From Puccinia triticina (Eukaryota): a DNA stretch of 64,000 nucleotides. Shown piece after piece: positions 37,476 through 49,729 of this stretch; positions within the stretch are counted from its first letter, which is position 1, and the number at the start of each line of letters is the position of its first letter. The position numbers and the translations under genes were made by a program. The notes under the pieces were generated by a model. That model ran no database searches. It was not told the origin of the DNA and worked only from the letters and a program-made list of their open reading frames with translations. The stretch is taken from contig CP110439.1 of NCBI GenBank assembly GCA_026914245.1, positions 6,572,001 through 6,636,000 of the forward strand. The letters run 5' to 3'.

Positions 37476-37806
37476 TTAAATGATTGTGTGCCATTTTAGA
37501 AATTGTGCTTTGAGTGTTTGGGTGGTACATATTTTATTCAGCTGGGAAGTTTATGATTTTACCAACTTTGAACATGAATGGTAAACACTCAACTATTCAT
37601 TGAAGCTTGGGGACTCAATATGTGAGAATAATTTGAACATTATATTACCATCAGCAATTTGGGTCATTGGAACTGATATGGTATTAAGATGATTGATCCT
37701 CAATGGGGGTGTTGATAAATATGAAATAGAGGGTAATTCTATTGAAAATGGAACATTTTAAGAAATTTAAAGAAATTCAAAGAGCAAATGACTGGTAATC
37801 CACAAT

Positions 37807-40800
37807 TCATAAAAAATATTCTACTTCAGTTGCATTCCCACCCTCATCCACCTCTTCAGTGTCATTTGCAAGTTGCTCCATCATTGTCTTGTTGACTATG
37901 ACAGATATGTCTTGCAGATAACCTTCATCATCAATTTCATCATCATCTCTATCAGTATTGGGTTGAAACAGCCCGGGATCTGGCGCCAGCTCACTAGATT
38001 CTTCTCCTGCGCCACCTCAAACAGTCTTGCTATCACCATTAACAGTTTCGCCAGCATCAGTATCAGAACCTGGTATCATGGAGTAATAGCCAAGCTCGAT
38101 GTGCTCCAGCTGCCGCGACCAAAGTTCACGGAGGTTTTTGTCTCCAAGTTGCTGCTGGGTATTGTTCAGGATCGTGATGCAAGTGCGCTGCCATGCGATT
38201 TGGAGTTGATATATTTTCACAAGCTCATATTGCAACAACGATCTCGCCACTGTCGTCTTTTTTGGAGCAGCGAGTGATTGTAGAATTGGGTGGGCCACAA
38301 GGGTTTGAAGGATGGGATGCGCCGCTAGCTCGGTCCACTCGCAATTGCTGCCACCGGTGACAGTAGTCATCTGTAGGATCAGGTGTGACAGTGTGTCGTG
38401 TCGTTCAACTGCCCATCGCATGGCTCGACGAACCTCCCATCCCAGACAACGTTGTTCTTCTAGCCCGCGGTTGTAAGCGGCAAGATGTTGGATTCCTTTT
38501 TGAGTGATAGGGTCAATTGCCCATGGCTTGTTCCAATTGGTAAATAGACCATCATTCCAAAAAGCATCTTCAGATTCAAGCTTCAAGAGTTCGTTGTACT
38601 CCAACTGCCTTGGGTGGGCACGCTCAGGGAAGAGTTGAATAAACTCGCGAACCTGACTGTTGTACTTATTTAACACCTTTCGGAGTGCTTGGGCTTGTTT
38701 ACGAACCGATTTGATCAACTTTTGCTGCCCATCCGTTCCTGAACGTGGATTTGCTACCATCAATTAATTTTGGCATTGTGAAATCGGTATTTGTGCGGGA
38801 TGAGCTTACCAAGTGTTGTTTGTTCTCCTGGGCGACAGACACAAACCAGCGGTTTTTTTTCCTCTATCAATGCCAAGAATTTGTGGCGGAGGTCGGTCTT
38901 CAAGTACCAGATCTTTAGCATTTTATCATGCTCAGGAACTGCAATTGCTGACCGACATGAGATAATCAACAACGGTATTGTAAATTTGGAAAAAAAAAGT
39001 ACTTACCGCTCAAGTTCTCTAGCATGGTAGGGTCACCTACTTTGGTTCTCTGTTCAAGGATTTGATCAGAGAGGCAAGATACTATTCTTGCTCTTGCTAT
39101 TCCTTGAGCTGGCAACAAACCTTCACAAGACCTGCAGACATACTCTTAGTTCTTCAGTGTCGAGTTCCCTTTAGATTGCGCATGGCTTACCATTCGGTCT
39201 CTAGTTGCTCTTCTAGACATAGAAGTTGACCGAGTTCTTTTTTTTGTTTCTCCTGGTATGATCGTGTGGTTTCAAGGTGGTAGGCGCGCTTGTCTTCCCA
39301 TTGCTGATGGAAGAAATTGTCTGTGTATGTTCCTGCAGTCATTGAGTGAGGGTTGGAAAGCTGGTTCAACGCATCAAGAGCTATGCGGGCTGTCTTGATG
39401 ATATCATCAGCCGAGGCAAATTTTGATAGCAGCCACTCTCCTGCAGATTCGGAGCGTGGCGTTAGACTGGAGGTTGAACTGAACTCGGGGCAAAATATTT
39501 GAAGAGGAAGTATCTCTTACCAGCGGTTTCATTTAATCCCGCCGAGTAATACAGAGTGCGGTTGTGAACCGCCATGAGACGGCGGAAGCGAGACAAAACA
39601 CGCAATATAGATACTAATGGGGACAAGAAAGCCCATAATCGTTCTAGCCCCTCTCCATCGGATAGTCCCCATGCCTTATTCAGTCGGGGATTATACTTCA
39701 CCTGGCACGACCATTCGTGCACATAAGAGTGGAATACTGAAGTTCCAAACATCATATCAGATTGCCGATCCAAGAAAAGAGAGCGCTGTTCAATGGATTC
39801 ATTTCCAATATTCATGAGTACGTGATGTGAAGTAACATCAAAATCGGAAGAGAATTGCTTGCCTTTTGAATATGAGTCTCCAGCTGACATCCGATGTCAT
39901 AGAGAACCCCTATCCTTGATTGGGGAAAAGATTTCACTATCTTTCCCAGGATAGATATTGGATAATACAATCTATTCACAAAAAAAAAAACCCTATCAAT
40001 CACATTGTGAATCGGTGGTCAGGATGAGACACTTACTTTTCACCTGATTTGTAAACATTTGTGTAAAGCAGAGGGATGTCGTGTCGGCAGGCCCCAGCAA
40101 ACAGACCGCTGTCATCACATTTCTGCCAAGTAGTAGCATTGCGCGCATCATCTGCTGCCTTATGCGCTAATGCACATGGGTCCTTGATTCCAGTCACATT
40201 TGCATTGGTGGATTCGCAGAAAGCTTCACTAGTGTTGACCTCGGAGGGTGGCAAGAATGTTGGCTGGTATTGTGCATTGGAAGGCAAATCCTTACTAGCG
40301 TGGGCATAGTGTCTTTGCTGGTAATTCCCGTCCATGGCAATGATAAAGTCGGGTTCATCTGGATCAATTTTAACCTCATTTTCTCTCGGGCCAAAGCATC
40401 TAGGGCACTTGGAAGCCCATTTCTGCTTGTTGGTTGTTTGTAAGCCTTCTTGCAAGAGCTGTTCCTTCAGCATGAGTATTTGGCCATAGAGATCAGAGCT
40501 ATAGGTGAACAGAAGTCGGAAGTTTCTGCTCTTTGTTGAGCCGCGAGCAAGGAGAGGTCGTTTGTGTTGGCTATCAAGGAAAGAAGAGAGAGCTTTGGTG
40601 AATCCGGAGGTTGAAATTGTTGTGGATTGCCATAACTTGTAATGGAACTGAAGGAGCGGGATGGAGAAGGCAGTGCGGGGTCGTTTGGCGGAGCTTGCAA
40701 CAAATCCATAATGCAAGAGTTGGATCACGTCTGGTGTGCAATTGCAAAAAGGAATTGATTTGCCTTGCGTGGTGCGTTCTGGGATATAGACCATAAAATT

Positions 40801-41369
40801 TTTGGTGATTTGGATGGTTGGGTTGGGGAAGCAAGAAAAGACCAGGACGTACGCTGAAGATCAATCAGGTCCACCAGGCAGGGGGAAATCTCTTCCGGCG
40901 AGCAGCTACAATCAAAGGGTACAGGTTCTTGTGGGAACGTTCCAGTAGTCCAGTTGTTGCTATATGCTTCACACCACATATAAGTAGCAGCAGCTTGATT
41001 TTCTATTTGAGCCCATTCTTCAGTCCGACGCTCCCGTGCTTTGGCATATAAACGCAGCCGATGGAATCTGGAATGGACACGAGCTGGTTGGAGGACATTG
41101 TGATGGTCTTCCGTGTGCAGTGGTCCTGGATTGTCCCCGTCGCGGAAAGCATTGCTGCCAGGATTCGGAGGGAGCTGAATATTTCTGGCGCGGATTCGCC
41201 TCCGGGATCGTGGCAGCATTCCGTACTGTCGCCCCGTCTCAATGGCTGTTGCCAACCCGGCTCGTTCGTTGATATATGTTCGCCTAGGTAGTTGGGTTCG
41301 AGTTCGCGTGTTTGTATGGCTGACATGGAAAGTGGAATCCGTGGCCCACACACTTCGTTTTGGAGGCAT
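37807..41369 (-). pseudogene. KDZ transposase with a CxC1-type cysteine cluster, multi-exon
   Basis: CSC...FCNC...PRTAFS, CPRCFG, IIAMDGNYQQRH, GLFAGACRHD, GEK, LYDIGC, FHSYVHEWSCQ, GLSDGEGLERLW are KDZ hallmark motifs. A stop near 38017 suggests damage; 3' end approximate. Confidence 0.9.
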
Positions 41370-42861
41370 TGTGTCGGTGGTATGATTGAGGCTGTCTTTA
41401 TGATATCATGTATTTCGATTTATGTACATATATAGCGTGTGCGGCTTCTGAGAGCGTCCATATTGCGCTCTTGCCGCTCGGGATGTCGGTCAATTTTCAC
41501 CGGGCGCATACCTCCGAGGGAGCGTTCATAGCACCGCTGTTGTACAAGTCCAGTGCGCGGCGGCCGTACTGTCGGATTGCACGTAATCCGACAGTACAAC
41601 TGCGGCGCGTATCACGGCAGGTTGGGGGTTCGAGTCGCACCTTGAGTCGGTTGGAGTTGGACAACATGTAAATTTGGTCGCAATGTAACAGAAGCGCGGG
41701 GAGCTGGCGGGAATCCGGAATTGGCTACTAGATAGTCTGTATAACAGGCTTTGCACACCTATCTAGTAGCCAGGTTATAACAAATAGTGGTGACCCGCCA
41801 AGCGGTACCGGGTGCGGTACCAGGTATGTGGTTCTGGCTGGAGAAGCGGTGCGGTACCCAGGTACCGCCTGCCCGCACCCGCCCTAAGCCACCTATTACC
41901 AGATTGCCGCACTGCATCAACTATCCGCGCGGACAAAGTTGTCTGACAAGTAGTCCAACAAACTTTGTCCAACGAGCCTGGCAGCCCAGGCTCAAACATT
42001 GTGCAACTCATCGGACAAAGTCTGTCCAAAAACTGCTTGGACAATCTTGTCCAAGCGGTCAATTGCTGCAGTGCCAAGACACGCTGGACTTGGACCAGCT
42101 CTCCAAGAGGAATACATCCCTTGGTGAGCTGGGCCATGACCAGCTCCCTGGGAAGCTTACCCTTGGCGAGCTGGTGTAAAAAATCAGCTCACTGAGAGGC
42201 AAGTATTCCTTTTGGCAAACTGGTCAAAATCCAGCTTGCTGCAAGGAATACTTACCTCTCGGCGAGCTGGTCAAAGTCCAGCTTGCCGAGAGATATGTAT
42301 TCCTCTCGGCACACTGGGCTTTGGGATGTTTTGGAGAGCTAGTATCACGGGTATACCGCCTCCGGTACCGCCGGTACCCGCCCAGGCGGTGCCGGGTGCA
42401 ATGCCGGGTTCCATCTTTTGGTCAAAAATTCACCCAGTACCCGGACCCGCAACGGGTACCCGGGTCCCAAACGCCATCCTTAAATTCAGTCTTCAAATTT
42501 TCCAACCTACAGTTTTGATGCTGTCTGTACCAGCTACCAAAAATTAGAAGCCCATCTATGGCACTGATTTATAGAGCTGACAGAGTACAGAACCATCAAT
42601 CAACCAACCGGACCATTTTTGGTGGATTTTTGAAAAAAAGTCTAGGCAAGCCAGAACCACCCTCATCTCCCGTGGTTCTTGAGACACCCAATTTTTGTTT
42701 TTCCTTTTGCTGCATACAGAAAGATGTTTATGAGTTTTTATTTTTTTTCCAAAAAAAACTTAAAGATATTGAAAACACGCCAGGAATTCCGTGAAGCATT
42801 TTTACCAGTGATCAAATTGTTAATTACATACGTAAATTTTACCATAAAGATTATGAGCTAG

Positions 42862-44725
42862 TTATAAGATAGGTAGATTATTACTGATGGAAGGCGGGCT
42901 ATGCGTTGGGAGTTTTGAGTTAAAATGTTCAATTGAAAGACAGAATAGTATATTGAAGAAAACCTGAAAAGCAAAACAATCATTGTGGGTAGTCAAGAAA
43001 TTTCTTTTTACTTCAGCCCTGCCTGACTGGGTAATCCAAAAATATAAGATTTTCCAAAGCAATGTACTATCAAGGGTCGTCGAATTTTCTACTTTTCCGT
43101 TTTCCCTCAAGAATGTTTCAAAATTTTCAAAGGCAGATTCAAGAATATTTGAATTGTGTTCATCCGACGTGATTCCTTGGCTTTTGGGAAGTATTGAGTC
43201 AATCATCTCCACATAAAATAAGAATACAAGTCCTAATCTGTCCTTCTTCCTTTGTCCACCAGTCTGGATAGGTGCATCTGTCTTGAGGTTGAGTTTGGTT
43301 TTTTGATTCCAAAATGTAATCCATTCTAGACGTTTTTCCATTAACTTGCGGAAATGTTGTTGATAAAACGCCGTTCTTCTTGCCTTGTTTCCCATCATTT
43401 CCCGAAACTCAGACGCGCCATTTCTGGTCCGATAATAGCAACTCAAGAACATCTCCACAGCACCGTTTTTACCGCCGTAGTCTTTCTCATAAATGACGAG
43501 CTTATTTTCATTCGGATTGAAAGCTTTTATTTTGGCAATTATATCCTGGTCTTCGGATAACCAGCGGCGTGCTTCAAGAATATCATGAGTAAATTCAAGT
43601 CTCGTAAACTGGTCATTGCGACTACTTGATGGTTGACTCGCAAGAGAAATGTCGAGTTGAGGATTCTCAACAGGTTCTTTTGCGATCTCTTTTTGACGGG
43701 AAGCCAATCTGTTGAAGATCAGGTTTGCAAGAGAGTCGTCTAAGTTCTTGGGGTTAGAGCGTAATGAAGATCCCTCATGAGTTCTATCCGTTCGGCTGGT
43801 TTTGAGCGCCGGAAGTTGCCTCTGTTGCTCGGTGCGAGTATCAGCAAAAATTATTCGACGTTTATTTCTTTGATTTGCTACCTGAACAGAAGCCGAGTCA
43901 GAATGTCGTTGTGCCCTATGCGAGGAGACAGCTAGTATATTTGATAAACGCCCGGCCATGTCGTCTGACGTCGGATCAGGAACGTGAGGGGTACCATGAA
44001 CGAAAACAGGCTGTCGAAAGCTGGCTGGGTTGCCTGGCATCGGGGGCACAAAATGTCCCCCATTTTGTACGTGAACAGGAGTAGTCCGGGGTTTTAGCGT
44101 TTCAACATACTTCACGGCCCGCTCCAGGAGCTCGGTAATCCTTCGGCTATTTAACACGCGTTGCGCTTGATTAAGAACACTTTTCGTATCGTATACAGCC
44201 TTGTGCAGGATGTCATCAAAAGTTTGGGGGTCTGGTGGACCGTGTTCTAAGTTCCGCAAAAGATCGATTGTTTGCGGTTGATTTTGAATCTCCTCTTGTT
44301 TCCTCCTTTTGGTCGATGGCGTCGGAAGGTGAGTTTCAAAAGGACGCTTCGTTCCACTGTGAGCCTCTGTAGGAACTTCTCGGGGATGAGTTTCCCCCCA
44401 GTTCCCGGAGGATGGCGACGGAGTAGGATTGGGATGAGTGCCAAGTGTTGAGAGGAAATCAATTTCTCGCTTTTGCTCTTGGACCGCCGATCCGCCTGAG
44501 CCCAAGTTTGCTGCATGCATATCTTCTCGGGTGGTGCACTCGCCAGCGTTTTCTATTGATCGGAAAATGTGTCCTCCGAAATTAGGGACCAGCAGGGCAT
44601 AGGAAGGAAGTTCACTCACTGTTAAAATTAGAGATAAAATCCCTAGTAAGCTGTGGTAAGTCATCTACAGCACTGCAGGTAGTCACCCAGCCCAGTAGGA
44701 CCAGAGAATAGTTGGCGATCTTCAT
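42862..44725 (-). CDS. Secreted protein, paralog C (candidate effector), two exons
   Basis: Exon 1 44725-44620 (MKIANYSLVLLGWVTTCSA-VDDLPQ...); phase-1 intron 44619-44553 (GTGAGT...AATAG); exon 2 44552-42862 open. Confidence 0.85.
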
Positions 44726-45905
44726 GCTGTTGTTTTTTGTTCCTCTGCCTGACAGAGATGTTGTTGAGGGGAATTTCGTCCCGACTAGCCCAAGGGAGTC
44801 ACTTATTTATGTCCCAGGAAATCATCTATGTACATCGAGGCGGGAATGCTTGAAGAATTGTGAAACAGTTTCTTCTTCGAAAGTTGAAACGTGTGCATAG
44901 AAGACATGGGTCAAGCCTTCATGGATTATCCATGGCACACCCAAGCTAACCCTCAACAGTGACCGAACTGCTTTCGGAATCCTAGACTTCGTACAAAACA
45001 TAGAGTACATACATACAGACGGATCTTGGCACCCCTCCATGAGTCTCTCTCAAGCTGTGTCATTCTTTCCATGAAATGTTGGAAGTGTTTTTTTTTAATG
45101 TCAAGAGTCCATATTCCTCTTGTTCCAGCTTTTTTTTGGCTATTTTGGTGTTTCAGAGTCAGGGCAGACAAAGCACTGCCAACCAGACCCGAGTCTACAT
45201 GGATCACGTCTCGTATCCAACCTTGAAGGGTGGACTACAAAATATCGACATGCAAAGCATGCACAGTTTGGCAGCCATTTGGGGCCGGTGTGCTCAGATC
45301 TGGATCTGAAGGGCTTCTGAATCAATCAAATGGGGATTTTTTTGTTGGCTTGTACGATAAGGAAACCAAAATTGTTTATCAATCTCACATAACATAATTA
45401 AAAACAGATCAAGTGTGCGCATAAAACTGCTTGTAGTAGGGCACACGGCTCACATTGTCAATTCCTCAGCAATTCTCGCAGCTCATGCATCTGAAACCAG
45501 CAGAGCACATGATTAATGAGGCCATAGCTATGTACCAGCTAACTGATGTGGCAGTGATCTTTTTCAAATTTGCATAAATGTGTGCAAACATTCCTCTTTG
45601 GTTCATGATCATCTTTTTTCTTGCGCACATTAGGGGGTTTCACAATAAGCATTTTTGCTTCCCGCGGCCCTAAATTTCGTTACTCGCGGGTGCCATACTT
45701 GCATAAAAATTAGCCTAAATTTTAAGTGAGAAAACACCTCGAGCAGCCTCAAAGTGATACTCGCGAGTGGACTCGACGAGAATTCTTGTTATCTTAAACC
45801 GTAGACCCCCTTTCTACAAACAACCAACCATAACACAAACTCTAAACCCTCAAAGCACCAACCACCCCACCACAACCCTTTGGCCAAGCAACATCATCCT
45901 TCAAA

Positions 45906-48900
45906 ATGGCCAATCCAATGGTGAGTTTCTTTTTTATTCTCCATCTCCACATACTTTTTTTTTTTTGCTGATTGTTGAGCTTAGTCCCAGTGTCAGCTGG
46001 CTACTATGGCAGAGCCACCGTGACATAAAAATATACAAATAAAATATAAAAAGTAGTTTTACATATGAAAGAGACATTATTACTCTTACATATGTAAAAC
46101 TACGCAAAAAACATTAAAAACACTTATAAATAATTAATTACTTAGCTTTGTGTAATTAATAAGTAAAATATTATGAAAGATTCTGATTCTACGGGTAAAA
46201 TAACCTAGGGTACCTCACTTACATGTACCCTTAATTATTATCCCTTCCTTGTGTAAACTAACTTCAAAGTTTACGCAAGTGCATCACGCCCCGCGTGGAT
46301 GCACTTGTATGCACATATATATATAAGTACATATATTTACAACCATTTTCAGTGACGTAACTGAGGTGTTGTGTACAGTTCAAAAGATAGCTTTATTTGT
46401 TGCGTGGCGCACCCAAGCCCGCGTGCTTTGTTGCCTAGAGCTCAAGCCCGCGCTCCTAGTGTAAATATATGCATAATGCATAAACTAGCCCGCAACCAAA
46501 GCGCTCAGGTTACCAATAAGTAAGAATGGGCCAGAATACACCCCAATAACAATATTACATGTGTTATAGGGCTTGTACACATGTAATTAATCACCAAACA
46601 AGATGTAATTACCACGTCATTCAATATAAAAACATTCTAGACTGAAAAGAGCTCTTGCAGCGTGCACAGGAGACACTAGAAAGCGCCCCAGCTTCTCCCA
46701 AGCCTCACTACACGTAAATTACAACTGTAGTAAATATGTAGAAGGGGTCAAATGAACTGGAGCAATCAATAAGCGCCTCCCGAACATGTATAAAGCACTG
46801 CTTACACGTGTACTAGTACACAGAAGCCAGTTCTAGTACCTTCTGTGGCACATTTTCACGGAAATGAGCGTCACAGAACCCCCAAACCAGCCCCCATGAC
46901 GTGTAAGGCACGTGTAAAATCACGCAGAACCTCTGTAAAAGGTCCTTGGCAACCCTTGTATCCAAGCCCCAAGGTTCCACGACCCACAGCGCCTTCTAGC
47001 GCAACCAAATTGCCTCAGAATGCGCCCACAAGTGTCCCCATGTCCCCTGGGCGCCCCTGGAGGCCTGCCTAGGCTATATAAAGGGCCCTTTCTCCGCCCA
47101 AAAGGAGATTCCCCAGCTTTACATTACATACTAGAATTTTTACCCGCCTTCAAACAGCCTTCTTAGCCTGTGATTTGCCAGGTAAAATACCTACTTTCGT
47201 GATTTTTAGCCCCAATTTCCGCCCTGAAGCTGTCCAGTAACCACCCTGCCCTCAAGATTACCTCCCCTGAGCGCCTCCAACTGCCCAACTTCACGCCTGA
47301 AGAACCTCAAGTGCCCCTAGGGTCTTATACTAGTAAGTTTAAGCCCCTTCTCTTGAGATTCTCCGCTATTTCTTTCTGGGATTTGAAACACCCCTGTTTA
47401 CAGGCCCCAGTTCTTCATTCTAGAGGGATTAAACACCCCTGATTTATCAGGCCCCTCTTAGAATTAATTATATTCATTTTACTACGTCAAATTGGCCCAA
47501 ATTGGCCCAAATTGCCTTATTTCTACACCTTAATTCCCAACATTTACGTTGGAATTAACCCTTATAACTTTGTCTTAGAGTTTTATAACTCTAATCTCTT
47601 GCCTTGCACCACGTGTAGCTAGAAGGATATTATCCTTGGCATCACGTAGGCTGACACCCAGTTACCACTTGATCCCGCATTAATGAGTGATGTGAATCCA
47701 TCCGGAGCGCCCAGAAATACGGTTGACTCACAAGAATTGCACGATTCTCAGCCAAAGTCACCAGCCACGACCACCTTGGCTGGGTCTCAGAAAAAGCGAG
47801 CTGCAAACTCAGGCGAGCCCAAGAAGAAGCGAGCACGCCAAACTAAAGAGGAAATGGCGGCTGCCCGTGCAGAGGAAGAAAGGATGAGACAAATCAAAGA
47901 TGCCGAGAAAGAAAAGAAGAAAGCCAAGAAAGAAAAGAAGAAAGCCAAAAAGAAGGCAACCAAGAAGAAATCCGCCGGTTCTAGAGCTGTCCGTTCATAA
48001 TCAAATGCGTCTCAGACTCAATTGTCTGCCTCTCAGGACAAAGAGGTGACGGACCTTAATCCACTTTTCAACCAGTCAGACTACGAGAACATTTGCTCTT
48101 ACCTCGAAGAAAAAAGTAACTATACACAGCTCTACGGAGATGGATCAAAACCCGCCGTAGGGGGTAGTCATCTGACGAAATCGGCAGCTTACAATGTATT
48201 TGCAATATACATGAATGATCACTCAAATCGGCGGCTGCATCTTACGGGCAAGCAACTCCGCCAACGGATGGATTGATACAAGGAAAGGTTCCAAAAGGCG
48301 AAGCACTGGGCTGAGAATACGGGTGCTGGAGTTGAGGAAAGCAATGGTCCAGCAACCTTTCATCAGAAACTTGAGGAGAAGTGCCTGTGCTATGATCAAA
48401 TGAACGAAATCTTTGGAAAAAAACCCAATGTCACACCCCTACTCGAATATCAGCCAGGCAGAGGTGCTGGGTTATACGACAATAGTAGTGAAGAGGATGA
48501 CAGTGGGACGGAGCAACCTGAAGACCCCAAGCGATCTAATTCTCCTGAGGTTTTTTATTCTGATTGGGTGCCGACCCAGGACGAAGCGGAGCACCAACCA
48601 TCTCAGGTAAAGGCTCATGATCTTGAACAATCACCCAGCAAGATTGAAGTTCAAGCCACTGATAACAGGGCTGATTTCCAATCACTACAGGTCGAGTCTG
48701 ATGGCCAAGAAAAACACAATCAAACTGCTGCAGAAACCCTCATCCCAGATGTTGTGAACAATCTCGACGAACTCCCACCGCCGCTTGACTTCCCACCACT
48801 TGTTTCCAGAACCGACGGGGGTAACACTCAGGCCCAACCAAATGTGATGGATGACCGTGTGGATACTTCGAGACGAGACAGCTCTGAGCATCTATCACCA

Positions 48901-49520
48901 CAGACCCCACGCAATCCAGTTTGCAGACAAAAATCTCAGTCCATTCCACCCTCGACAAGTGCTTCTGAATCCACCCAGACTCGTCGCCAGCGTTTCCCTA
49001 ACCAACGCGCCGGTAATGCGACTAGGGAAGGCCCACCAAAGGAGGCATCTTCCAAATCCAAGATGTCGAGTGTTGCTGGTGCGTTTGGGGAATCGTCCGA
49101 GCAAAGGTTTGGCTTCTTAGATAATCATATGAGTTGGGAGAAAGAGAAGTATGGTCGCATTGAAACAAAGGAGAAAGAAATCTTTAGCTGGGAAAAGGAA
49201 AAGGACAAGCGCGATCATACCGAGGCAAAGGGAAAGGCGGCTAGGGAATTGAAGTGGGAGAAACAGAAGTACAATTGAGACGAAGCAATCAGATCATCCC
49301 AAGCAACGAAAGCGTACAGACTGGAGAGCGCGAAGCTTCAACAGCAGCGTCGCAAGGCGGACAACAATCACAAATTGCAAAGCGAACAATTTGCTCTCGA
49401 ACATTCACAATTTCAAGAAGAAGCAAAAGAAAGAAACGAGCAAAAAAAGGCTGTACAGGAATGGCTTGCTGACGGCAAGACAATATCCGAGATTGAGTCA
49501 TTGATGCGTATGATTTATGG
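45906..49520 (+). pseudogene. Harbinger accessory (probable DNA-binding) gene
   Basis: MANPM|intron 45921-45984|SQ[LTR]LPLDPALMSDVNP rejoins in frame; later YENICSYLEE, LTGKQLRQR, NTGAG; stops at 47998, 48274 and 49276. Confidence 0.75.
45991..47656 (+). mobile_element. Long solo LTR (1666 bp)
   Basis: tgtcagc...gctgaca ends; 5-bp TSD cccag; TATA-like ctatataaaggg near 47074 suggests + orientation. Confidence 0.9.
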
Positions 49521-49729
49521 AGCGTGATCTTGTACTCCTTTTCTGTTGCTCATCTTGTGCGTTCACTACGGTATTTGGTTCTCACACTTCAAGTAGCTTA
49601 AATAAACGAACAACTCTCTTTTTTATCTTGGTTAACAATTACTGTTGTCTCATGAAAATGGTCTACAAGCGTAAAGAGAAATTCAATGAATTACTTAAAA
49701 AAAAGCAATCAAGATAACAAGATATAAAG

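Larger units (their letters stand above)
30284..41792. mobile_element. Complete KDZ (Kyakuja-Dileera-Zisupton) DNA transposon
   Basis: ~325-bp TIRs (30284-~30607, ~41469-41792) starting caccactatttgttataacc; perfect 8-bp TSD acccgcca (30276-30283, 41793-41800); encodes a KDZ transposase. Confidence 0.93.
30217..42482. mobile_element. Non-autonomous hAT-type element (~750 bp net) split by the KDZ element
   Basis: tagagatggcgtt / aacgccatcctta termini; 8-bp TSD aattcagt (30209-30216, 42483-42490); GGGTACC subterminal repeats. Confidence 0.9.

Noticed and set aside
32434..37806. Expected TET/JBP dioxygenase inside the KDZ element
   Set aside because: No HxD...H-type coding sequence recognised; the interval holds MITEs, an LTR remnant and AT-rich DNA. 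A profile search is still needed.
41530..41650. Functional tRNA gene
   Set aside because: T-stem and acceptor stem are mismatched and the D-arm is unclear; kept only as a tRNA-like module.
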